A stretch of DNA of 23,277 bases. It comes from Chloropicon primus. Taxonomy: Eukaryota. The notes under the pieces were generated by a model that did not search any database, was not told the DNA's origin, and saw nothing but the letters and a program-made list of their open reading frames with translations. Both the position numbers and the translations under genes were made by a program. Below are positions 1 to 8,767 of this stretch, piece by piece (positions within the stretch are counted from its first letter, which is position 1; the number at the start of each line of letters is the position of its first letter). The DNA is taken from positions 744,001 through 767,277 of the forward strand of contig CP060762.1 of NCBI GenBank assembly GCA_023205875.1, read 5' to 3'.

Positions 1-2
1 TT

Positions 3-167
3 CAGGGAAAGAAGCAGGAAGCGAAGGAAAGGCAAGAGAAGGAAGACAAGGAGAAGGAGTTGGCGACGCTCTCCAACGGGAAGCAGGTCGACCCTTTTGC
101 TGGCGCGGGCAACCTCGGGGACCTCCTTTCTAGTCCAGGCCTCACGGATAACGACATCATCTTCTGA
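3..167 (+). CDS. 3' end of a gene truncated by the window edge (charged, low-complexity C-terminus)
   Basis: Frame 3 is open from the window start, reading QGKKQEAKERQEKEDKEKELATLSNGKQVDPFAGAGNLGDLLSSPGLTDNDIIF, to TGA at 165-167. An AT-rich 3'-UTR-like stretch follows. Confidence 0.6.
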   Translation, partial: QGKKQEAKERQEKEDKEKELATLSNGKQVDPFAGAGNLGDLLSSPGLTDNDIIF

Positions 168-375
168 GCGCGTGAGTGAGGGGAGAGAACACAACCACCG
201 AGCGAGTGCCGCTGGTCATTGTATATTTAGGAATTGAATTGTGATACACGTTACTATACTCTTACTTTGTCAAAACAGTTTAGTACACCACTAGTATATA
301 AGAATGAGGCTCGGCCGAGCACGAGGAGTGACCTCCCTCTCCCTCGGGCCGAGCCGAGACCGCCCGCTTCCCTTG

Positions 376-675
376 CTACCTCTTCTCGTGCCTCTTGAGG
401 CGATCAAAGTGGAGCTCCTTGAGCACCTGGTTGATCTGCAAATATTCCTGCAAGTGCCGGAGCTTGTCCTCAAAGGGGGAGGCTTGGTAGTTGTTCCCGC
501 TCGCCGCTAGCGGCGGCGTTCCAACGTTCGGACTGAGTTGGTCGAAAGATTCCGAGGCGTGGAGTCTCTGCACCTTTTGCGTGAGGTGTTCGAGGGAGGT
601 CTCCTTGTCCTGTTCGTGTTGCCTCGTCCTCTTCCTCGCCCCGGGCTGAGGCGAGGTGAGCGTCGCCGTCGTCAT
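376..675 (-). CDS. small hypothetical protein (~99 aa)
   Basis: ATG at 675 (MTTATLTSPQPGARKRTRQ...), an NLS-like RKRTR and a helical C-terminus YLQINQVLKELHFDRLKR. It converges with the upstream gene across an AT-rich spacer. An upstream ATG at 756 is also possible. Confidence 0.55.
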   Translation of the reverse strand: MTTATLTSPQPGARKRTRQHEQDKETSLEHLTQKVQRLHASESFDQLSPNVGTPPLAASGNNYQASPFEDKLRHLQEYLQINQVLKELHFDRLKRHEKR

Positions 676-1023
676 GGACCCCTCCCTCCCAGAGCAACCC
701 ACCTCCTCCTTCCCCTTCCCTCCAACAGAAGAACCAGAAGAAGAGTGTCGCACCATGCAAACAATCCTCCTCCTCCTTCTTCTTCTTCTTCTCCTGTACG
801 CGTATGCTCAAGCACCGTGCCAAGCGCAGCGAGCCCGAAGCGAGGCTCGTCTCGTGGAGGCTCGGATGCTGATGCTTTCCTTTCGTCGTCCCGTCCTTCC
901 TGTCCTTCACTCGTCACTCGTCACTGGCCTCCTGCCTTCAGGCTCGACTGGTTCGCGCCGAAAAGGGAAGGAAAAGGAAGCGGCAGAGCGGAGGACGACG
1001 ACAACGACAACGACAACGACGAC

Positions 1024-1563
1024 ATGCAGGGTGGCGCGCAACTCCAACTCCCTTACGACGTGTACGTCACGATAGCCAGTAAACTGGCGGAGACCGCAAC
1101 CCGGCAGGAGTGCGTGGACTATTCCTTGGTTTGTAAAGCATTTCGTCAGGGGTTCCAGGTAAGAATCCGCAACATGAAATCAGACCATGCATGGGATGTA
1201 TGGGGAGAGAACCGTGACGAGACAATGGAGGAAGCAGAACGGAAGTTTGAAGAACTGGTCGATTCACTCGAACCACGGCAAGGCCTAGAGGGTTATGAGG
1301 CGGACGACATACTTTACGAAGCATACCAATCCTCGTCGGATGGCATCGACAAGGAGTGGTTGGATTGGCGGGTAACGGCAGCGGGTAGGGACTTTTTCAA
1401 GCTCTACTGTTCATTTTGTCAGAGGTGTTTTCACTACTTCGTCAAACACGAGGTCTATTGGTACAAGAGAGCGTGCGTTCCAACAAATTTGTATTCCGCA
1501 TGCGCCAATTGCCGAGAGATCCCTGAAGTAATGGATGCTGTTGCGGGTGAAGAACACTTGTGA
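1024..1563 (+). CDS. putative F-box-like protein with a Cys-rich C-terminus (179 aa)
   Basis: The N-terminus LPYDVYVTIASKL...DYSLVCKAFR fits the F-box pattern (LP.E/D....I...L......SLVCK.W/F). The C-terminus has CSFCQRC...C......CANC. The upstream part of the 538-1563 ORF is low-complexity antisense/UTR sequence. Confidence 0.6.
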   Translation: MQGGAQLQLPYDVYVTIASKLAETATRQECVDYSLVCKAFRQGFQVRIRNMKSDHAWDVWGENRDETMEEAERKFEELVDSLEPRQGLEGYEADDILYEAYQSSSDGIDKEWLDWRVTAAGRDFFKLYCSFCQRCFHYFVKHEVYWYKRACVPTNLYSACANCREIPEVMDAVAGEEHL

Positions 1564-1624
1564 TTTAAGATCTCTGGAGTCGAGGAATGGATGACGCAAC
1601 GCAAGGCATGGGCTGAGGAGGCGA

Positions 1625-3136
1625 TTAACTTGGCTTGTTGGTGTTCTGAGACTCTTCTTTAAGCTCAATCCACCGGGAGAAGTACTCAGTGGAACGGAGA
1701 GTGTTGTGCCAAAAGGCGTTTCCCGTGTAATCGTTATCTCTCATTTTCTGCAGCGTGGCCCGCCTCTCCTCGATGGCCTCCCCCACCACCGAAAGGTTCG
1801 CACGCCTGTCGAAGTTTTCGGACAGGATTCGAAGGCCATCCTGGCTCGCCTTCTCCCAAGTCTCCTTGTCTTCGTGCAGCAGCACCGCGGACTCGGCAAA
1901 CTCGGAGGCCGTGGTGGCGGAGCCGAGCCCGCCCCAGCCCCCCGAGTCGAGGAGGCCCTCCGAGCCCACGGGCGTCGTGCACACGGGCGTGCCGAAGGAC
2001 CAAGCGTCCAGGATCTTCGTCTTGATTCCTGGAAAGGGGGAAGGAGAGGGGGTCAGAAGTGCGTCCAACGGAGAGAACCATACGCGGAACGGTGGTTGGG
2101 ATGGGAACTCACCTGCTCCGTAACGGAGCGGGGCCACGAGGACCCTCGCCTTGGACAAGACGTCCCGCAGATCGCTGGCAAAGCCCTCGACCAGGAAGCC
2201 CTCTCCCTGATTGTGCATCTGAGCCAAACCGGCCTCGGTCTCAAAGTGGGCGCCATACACTCTCACCTCCATCTGAGAACCGCCTCGTTCCCGCACGACT
2301 TTCCAAATGTCCTGGCGAAGCCACCGCACGGCGTCCACGTTGGGCCCGTGCATCGCGGTGCCCAGCGTCACGAACCCCCTCCTCTCTTCGAAACTCGGCC
2401 CCCTCTCGATCCGGTCGTAAAAGAACGACGCGAGGCAAAGCTTGCGCGGGTCCACGCCGTAAGTCTCCGTCAGGAGGGACAGCTCGAAGGGGGAGCACAC
2501 CAGGGTGAGGTCGGACCTGTGGATCGCGGCGAGCTCCCTCTGCAGCTCCTTGTACGTGGCCGGGGGAGTGTCTGTGGAGGGGGAGGAGGCGCCCCTCGCT
2601 CTCCCCTCCCTCCACAGGCGGAGGGCGTGGGAGTCCTGCATGTCGAGAACCCGCAGGGCGTCCGGGGCCGCCGACCTCACCACCCACGAGTACTGCTCCT
2701 CGGAGGTGAACTGGTCGAACACCACGACGTCGGGCCTGACTCCCGACACAAGGTCCTCCAGCTCGTCCCTCCTATTCATCCTGCACCTCACCGTTCTGAC
2801 TCCCAAATCCCTCAACCTCTCGGAGCACTCGTTCTCCCTATTCGGCGAGGCGAAGTGCGCTGCCTCGTAGGACCAGTCCCCGAGGAAGGCCTCCAGGAGC
2901 GCCACCGTCCTGACCCCCGCCCCGCTAGCGTTCGCGTCCGGCCAGTACGCCCCGAAGAACAGGACCGAAGCCGAAGCCGAAGCTTTGGAGGCTCCAGGCT
3001 TCTGCCAGCTCCTACCACCACGCAGTGCGCTGCTGCTGCTGCTGCTGGTGGTGGTGGTGGTGGTGGCATTGGGAGGGGGATGCCGATGGTGGTGGTGGCG
3101 GCGCAAGAGCCCTCCTCCTCGTCGTCCGTCCTTCAT
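1625..3136 (-). CDS. GT-B fold glycosyltransferase (GT4 / Glyco_trans_1_4-like), two exons: 3136-2113, 2028-1625
   Basis: Motifs include PDVVVFDQF..EEQYSW, HGPNVDAVRWL, ARVLVAPLRYGAG|IKTKILDAWSFGTPVCTTPVGSEG and a C-terminal STEYFSRWIELK. Removing the GTGAG...CTGAC...TTTCCAG intron (2029-2112) restores the conserved RYGAGIKTK motif. Confidence 0.85.
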   Translation of the reverse strand: MKDGRRGGGLLRRHHHHRHPPPNATTTTTTSSSSSSALRGGRSWQKPGASKASASASVLFFGAYWPDANASGAGVRTVALLEAFLGDWSYEAAHFASPNRENECSERLRDLGVRTVRCRMNRRDELEDLVSGVRPDVVVFDQFTSEEQYSWVVRSAAPDALRVLDMQDSHALRLWREGRARGASSPSTDTPPATYKELQRELAAIHRSDLTLVCSPFELSLLTETYGVDPRKLCLASFFYDRIERGPSFEERRGFVTLGTAMHGPNVDAVRWLRQDIWKVVRERGGSQMEVRVYGAHFETEAGLAQMHNQGEGFLVEGFASDLRDVLSKARVLVAPLRYGAGEFPSQPPFRVWFSPLDALLTPSPSPFPGIKTKILDAWSFGTPVCTTPVGSEGLLDSGGWGGLGSATTASEFAESAVLLHEDKETWEKASQDGLRILSENFDRRANLSVVGEAIEERRATLQKMRDNDYTGNAFWHNTLRSTEYFSRWIELKEESQNTNKPS

Positions 3137-3646
3137 ACCCCGTCTGAGGTTGAGTTATCGATATCGATAGGGGTATCGCTGGACCGGGTTTCGGCGGGAG
3201 GTTGTCTCCCTCCTCCTCCTCCTCCTCCTCCTCCCCGCAGGTCCGTTTCCCTGTTGTCCTCTCCTACCCAATCCACAATCTCGCCCTCGCCCTCGCCCTC
3301 GCCCTCGCCCTCGCCCTCGTCCTGGTCGTGGTGTTGTTGTTCCCCCTGCACGCCCTCGTCCTGGTGGTTGTCCTCGTGGTCCTGCTCGTCGTCTTGGTCC
3401 TGGGTGGTGTCCTCACGTGATGCGCCACCTGGGTTGTGTTGTCCTAATCGTTGAGGAGACCCACCCCACCCCAAAGCCTCCGTCAGTGACAGGATTCCCT
3501 TTTTATCCTTTTCCTTTTTTCCCTCCGAAGAGGAGAGGAGAGGAGCGGTGAGCACAAGCCCCAAAAAAAACACGTTTCTGTCGGTTCACCACCACCACGA
3601 GGACGAGGACCACGAGGACGACGACGACGACGAGGACGAGGACGAT

Positions 3647-5236
3647 ATGAGGGGGACCGCGGTCAACACCAAGTGCCGTGCGGTGGGAAACAAAACAACA
3701 GGGGGAACAACAACAACAACAACAACACGAACAACAACACGAACAAGAGGACATAGACATCCTCTTCCTCTTCCTCTTCCTGTTCCTCAGAAACACCAGG
3801 GTCATGGGGCTCGACTGAGGCCTTTGTACGTGGCGCAGTACGGGGAGGAGATGGACACGGTGTCCGGGTTGATACCTGTGATGAACGAGAAGGATTGGAA
3901 CAGGCAAACCTGGAGGAACAAGCCTGCGCTCCAGCAGCCGGACTACCCCTGCCAGGAGGAGGTGGACAAGGTCCACAAGCAGCTCTGCGACCTGCCGCCG
4001 CTCGTGTTCGCAGGAGAGTGCAGGAACCTGAGCGACAAGCTCGCAAAGTGCTGCAGGGGAGAGGCATTCTGGCTCCAGGGCGGGGACTGCGCAGAGAGCT
4101 TCACCGAGTTCTCCGCGAACCACATCAGGGACACGTACAGGATCTTGCTCCAGATGTCCGTCGTGATGATGTTCGGGGGAGGCATCCCGGTGGTCAAGGT
4201 GGGGAGGATGGCAGGGCAGTTCGCCAAGCCGAGGAGCGAGCCCACGGAGGTCATCGATGGGGTCGAGTACCCGAGCTACAGGGGAGACATCATCAACGAC
4301 AGCGCGCTGGACTTTGACGCCAGGGTCCCCGACCCGAACAGGCTGGTGAGGGCGTACCACCAGTGCGCCTCCACCCTGAACCTCATCCGCGGCTTCAGCA
4401 GCGGAGGTTACGCGAGGCTCGACAGGGTCGACGAGTGGAACTTGGACTTCATGTCCAAGAGCGACGAGGGGAGGCTCTACATGGACTTGGCCGCCAGGGT
4501 CGACGAGGCCATCACCTTCATGGAGGCCTGCGGCGTGGGCTCCCAGAGCTCCATCATGTCGACCACGGAGTTCTACGTCTCGCACGAGGCCCTCCTCCTG
4601 GAGTACGAGTCCGCCCTGACGAGGGAGGACTCCACCACCGGCTTGTGGTACGATTGCTCCGCCCACTTGGTGTGGGTGGGGGAGAGGACGAGGCAGCTCG
4701 ACCACGCCCACATGGAGTTCCTGAGGGGCGTGGGCAACCCCCTGGGAATCAAGATCTCCCAGAAGGCGGACCCCACGGAGCTCATCGAGCTGATCCAGAC
4801 CCTCAACCCGAGCAACAACCCGGGAAGGCTGGCGGTCATTGTCAGGATGGGCGCCGACAACCTGCGGGAGAGGTTGCCCCTCCTCCTGAGGGCGGTGAGG
4901 GACGCCGGGCAGAACGTCACTTGGGTCTGCGACCCGATGCACGGCAACACCGAGAAGCTCAACGGGTACAAGACGAGGAGGTATGAGAACATTAGGGCTG
5001 AGGTGGAGGCCTTCTTTGACGTTCACGAGCAGGAGGGCACCATCCCTGGCGGCATCCACTTGGAGATGACGGGGAAGGACGTGACCGAGTGCACCGGGGG
5101 AGGAAGCAGCGTCGATGCAGAGCACTTGGGCGACAGGTACGACACTTACTGCGACCCGAGGCTGAACGCCGAGCAGTCTCTGGAGCTGTCCTTCTACATC
5201 GCTCAGAGGCTCAGGCAGAGGAGGCAAACCTCGTAA
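3647..5236 (+). CDS. DHS: class II DAHP synthase (phospho-2-dehydro-3-deoxyheptonate aldolase), plastid-type, 529 aa
   Basis: Motifs [54 protein letters not shown] and [17 protein letters not shown]. First ATG at 3647, followed by a Thr/Arg-rich transit-peptide-like leader. Confidence 0.95.
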   Translation: MRGTAVNTKCRAVGNKTTGGTTTTTTTRTTTRTRGHRHPLPLPLPVPQKHQGHGARLRPLYVAQYGEEMDTVSGLIPVMNEKDWNRQTWRNKPALQQPDYPCQEEVDKVHKQLCDLPPLVFAGECRNLSDKLAKCCRGEAFWLQGGDCAESFTEFSANHIRDTYRILLQMSVVMMFGGGIPVVKVGRMAGQFAKPRSEPTEVIDGVEYPSYRGDIINDSALDFDARVPDPNRLVRAYHQCASTLNLIRGFSSGGYARLDRVDEWNLDFMSKSDEGRLYMDLAARVDEAITFMEACGVGSQSSIMSTTEFYVSHEALLLEYESALTREDSTTGLWYDCSAHLVWVGERTRQLDHAHMEFLRGVGNPLGIKISQKADPTELIELIQTLNPSNNPGRLAVIVRMGADNLRERLPLLLRAVRDAGQNVTWVCDPMHGNTEKLNGYKTRRYENIRAEVEAFFDVHEQEGTIPGGIHLEMTGKDVTECTGGGSSVDAEHLGDRYDTYCDPRLNAEQSLELSFYIAQRLRQRRQTS

Positions 5237-5478
5237 AAAGGGGTCGGAGGCTGACGGTTTAGGAAAGAGCTGAGAGGAGGGGTATAGAGACCCCTTGTCT
5301 TCTTCTTCTTCAAAAAAAAGGAAAATTTCAATTCACAGACTTATCAGACATTTAGCGTCCACTTTTCCCAGAGAGAATGAGGGCGCGAAGATCATCTTTT
5401 TCCCTTCTGTTCGACCAATTTCTTTTTTTTCTCCTTTGAATATACAAGAATACTCTAGGCTTCCGCCCGCCGCTCCGC

Positions 5479-6521
5479 TCAGCAACACGACTTCTTCTTG
5501 GCCCCCTCCTCAGCTGGCTGGGTGACCACGATGGTCTGCCCCTCTCCCGGTCCCTTGGCGGCCGACTCGTCCGCCTGCAGGGTCTTCTGGCTAACTATCT
5601 TGTAAATCTGGGTCAGGATGTTCTCAAACGCTTCTTCTACGTTGGTGGCGTCCAAGGCACTCGTCTCGATGAAGGAGAGAGTCTCCTTCTCGCAGAAGGA
5701 CTTGGCGTCCTCGGCCTGGACCGACCTCAAGTGCCTCAAGTCGCTCTTATTTCCCACAAGCATGATCACTATGTTGCTATCCGCATGGTCCCTGAGCTCC
5801 TTCAGCCACCTGCCAACGTTGTCGAACGTGGCCTGCTTCGTGATGTCGTACACCAGCAAGGCACCCACAGCACCCCTGTAGTATGCGCTGGTGATCGCCC
5901 GGTACCTCTCCTGGCCAGCCGTGTCCCAAATCTGAGCTTTGACCGTCTTTCCGTCCACCTGGTTGGTTGGTTTCACAAAACAACAACAGCAACGACGACG
6001 AGAGGAGAGGTACGAGCACGGAAGAACGTTCGCGTCAGTCCACGCAACAAGCAACGGGTCGAGAGAGCAGAGTCGAGGGCGCTTGCTGTTCCTGCCCTCC
6101 CCCACCCCCCTTGTCAGGGGAAGGGGCAACGCCTTTCGTAGGCCGTGTGTCCTGGTGCCTTACCTGCATGCTCCTGGTTGCGAACTCAACCCCAATGGTG
6201 GACTTGGACTGCAGCATAAACTCATTGCGCGTGAAACGACTGAGAAGCTGCGACTTTCCCACCGCAGAGTCCCCGATGAGGACGACCTTGAACAGGTAGT
6301 CGAAACTGGAAAGCCGAAAGTCAGTGGACCTAGTCCAAAACAGTAGCACACTCTACCTCTGCCTCTCTCCCTTTCCCCGCCGCGCAGGCGCCCCGGGAGG
6401 AGGAGGAGGCAGGAGGCCAAGGGTTTCGAGTCCGACCCTTTCCTTCCTTCCTCCTCGTGTCGTGTCGTGTCGTGTCGTGTCTTGTCACTTACTCGTCGTC
6501 TGGTTTTCCTGGTAACGTCAT
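5479..6521 (-). CDS. RAB11: Rab11/RabA small GTPase, three exons: 6521-6493, 6305-6164, 5958-5479 (216 aa)
   Basis: Spliced product [28 protein letters not shown]...[45 protein letters not shown]...GNKSD...ETSAL...KKSCC. Both introns are GT-AG and phase-consistent. The terminal CC is a prenylation site. Confidence 0.95.
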
Positions 6522-6611
6522 GGTATGGTTCACGTTCTCTCTCGCCTGTCAGGAGTGCCTCGCTCTTCTCTTCTCGTTCTCGTTCTCGTTCTCGTTCTCG
6601 TTCTCGTTCTC
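6457..6611. repeat. microsatellites (GTGTC)n (~6457-6481) and (TTCTCG)n (~6571-6611) in Rab intron 1 and the 5' leader
   Basis: Tandem pentamer and hexamer runs read directly from the sequence. Confidence 0.85.
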
Positions 6612-7252
6612 GTGCACCACCAACACCAACAGCGTCGTCGCTCGTTGTTGTTGTTGTTCGTGTGTTGAGTTGGAGTCCCGTGGCCCTCTCCCTCTCCCTC
6701 GTCCTGGTCCTGGTCGTGGTCGTGGTCTCGTCGCTCGTCGCGTTCGTTCTTCTCTCTCTCTCTTCTCGCGTGTCTCTCTCCGATTCTGGCCTTCTTTGTA
6801 TTTGCGTCTTATCTCCCAAAACCTAAAGGAGACGGAGACACCTCAGGAGGGGAATCCCCAGGACCGGACGAGGACGAGGGAGGAGGAAGGACGAGGACGA
6901 GCGTCAACACCAGGGGGAGGGGAACGGAGCGGGGGGGCAATCCAAGGGAAGAACGGGGACCTTCCAAGGAGGGGGGAACGGGAACAAGATCAACTGGATG
7001 CGGGGGGAAATCAGGGGGGAGATCTCGGAGGGCTAGTCTCAAGCTTTGGAACGGAGGAATCAGCTGCAGACCAGCAGACCAGCAGGACAAGGAATGAATG
7101 AATGGATGAATGAATGACAACGAAATACAACAATTATATAACTATACAACTATACGATCACAAACGACAACACCCACCTCGTGCAAGCCTGATCCATCTA
7201 TCCTACACGCACGCACGCACGTACGCAGCGTCGGTCGTACTCCCGTCGCTCC

Positions 7253-8157
7253 TCACCTCCACGCCCCCTTGGACTGCTGCTGGACAAAGTCCTCCTGGTT
7301 GGGAATGTGCCCGTCGTAACTGAAGTCGATGGGGAAGAGGTAGGCACCGGGGGTGGAGGGCTCGGACACGTAATCGAACCTGAAGCCAAGCCAACAAGTC
7401 AACAAGGGAGCGGAGGACAGAATAAGTCAGAAACGACGCGTCTCGACGCACCAAGTTGATCGATCGTGGACCGAGGCTTACGTGATGAGATGGAAATCGT
7501 CCCCAACCTCGATGACGCCGCTTTCCCCCACGCCCAAGGTCGCGAAACCCCGGGAGGAGACCCCCAGGGAATGCCCCTCCAGGTAGAGTCTCCTGAGCAC
7601 CTCGCCGTGCGGCGTGTCAAGCACCTCCACCGTCCCCACCAGGGCGTCCCGCTCCCAGTGGAGCTCGACGAGCTGGTGGCTCACCCTCGTCAGATTGACC
7701 CTTCGGAAGGCCTGGGACCCCAAGCAAGGGCTCGGGTGGTCGAGCTCCCCGAAAGAGAGGCCCGCGGCGACCTTGTCCCTCAAGTACTTTACGACCTCCC
7801 TTTCCAAGACGTGCTTTGGGTAAACACGGCCGTTGCAGTTCATGACACCCGCCCGGTGCACAACTCCTTTCACCATTGCCGCAAGAGAAACCAGCAAAGG
7901 ACGAGCTCGGGTCAGTCCACCGGTCTTTCGGTAACAACAGGGGAACACCCCTGCTTCAGCAGGGAGCGAGGGGTTGGGAAAAAACCAAACACACTTTTCG
8001 TTGTTGTGGCGATGCCACCGCACCCACCTTTGACCACGAGCTTGCCATTGTTGAGCTTGATAGACCTCTCGCAGAGCTTCGAAAGCATCATGCGCTTGTC
8101 CGAGTCCGTGGTCTCTCCATCCATGGACGAAACCACGGTGCTCAGATAACATCCCAT
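7253..8157 (-). CDS. T4 gp21-type phage prohead core protein protease (peptidase S77/S80-like), three exons: 8157-8028, 7866-7482, 7379-7253 (213 aa)
   Basis: Spliced product ...KLVVK|GVVHRAGVMNCNGRVYPKHVLEREV...GELDHP...VSHQLV...EVLDTPHG...LGVSSRGFATL...VGDDFHLI|TFDYVSEPSTPGAYL. It is collinear with gp21 as I recall it (LYIEGIFMQAEVVNRNKRLYPK, GELNHP, GVSSRGLG, VDAVWGPS). Introns 7867-8027 and 7380-7481 are GT-AG with CTGAC/TTGAC branch sites and keep the frame. Confidence 0.88.
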
Positions 8158-8767
8158 CCTACGCCCCCTCGAGGTGAAACCCTTTGCTTGCCAGCAAATC
8201 GAACAGGGGCTCCCCTCAGCCCCCTCTAGGCCCGACCTCCTCGGACATCTCTCCACATCCGCGCTGTGCTGTGCTCCGCTGGTTGGTCCGGTCCCCTGCA
8301 ACGCAATCCAATCCCCTGTTCTCTTCCCTTCTTCCCTCCTCCACACCGTGGTGTGCTCTCTCGCGGCCCACCCAGTGTCTCGTCTGTCGTTGTCTTGAAG
8401 TTTTGGTAGCGTTGACCCTCTCCCCTTTCCCCCCATCCATCGCTCCTTCCCCTCCCCGGCGACCGGAGAGGGGAAGAGCAACCGACAACCCAAGTCTCCT
8501 GGCCCCTCCTCCCGCCACCTTGGCACTATACGATAAGATGGCACGTGACATGGCGCTGCAGGGAGAGGAACCTCGAGGACGAGGGCACTGGGTATCCAAG
8601 GAAGGCGATCAAGGGGGTGGGGAGGCGTGCCGAGCCAGGAGCCATCTTTCGTGTCGTGTCGTGTCCGCACCTGGGCCCTGCCTTGTGGATCCTTCTTTCT
8701 TTTCTTTCACAAAAATGAATCCTAAGGAAGATAAAGATACAGCCTAAACGGCCGGGTTTATGGGTTT

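Noticed and set aside
3133..3573. Acidic minus-strand ORF with a signal-peptide-like start
   Set aside because: It starts at GTG, is built largely from (CCCTCG)n and (CCT)n microsatellites, and lies in the divergent promoter/UTR region.
7253..8157. Integrated provirus or phage contamination as the explanation for the protease
   Set aside because: No other viral genes, terminal repeats or compositional break are present. The gene has spliceosomal introns and is flanked by housekeeping genes.
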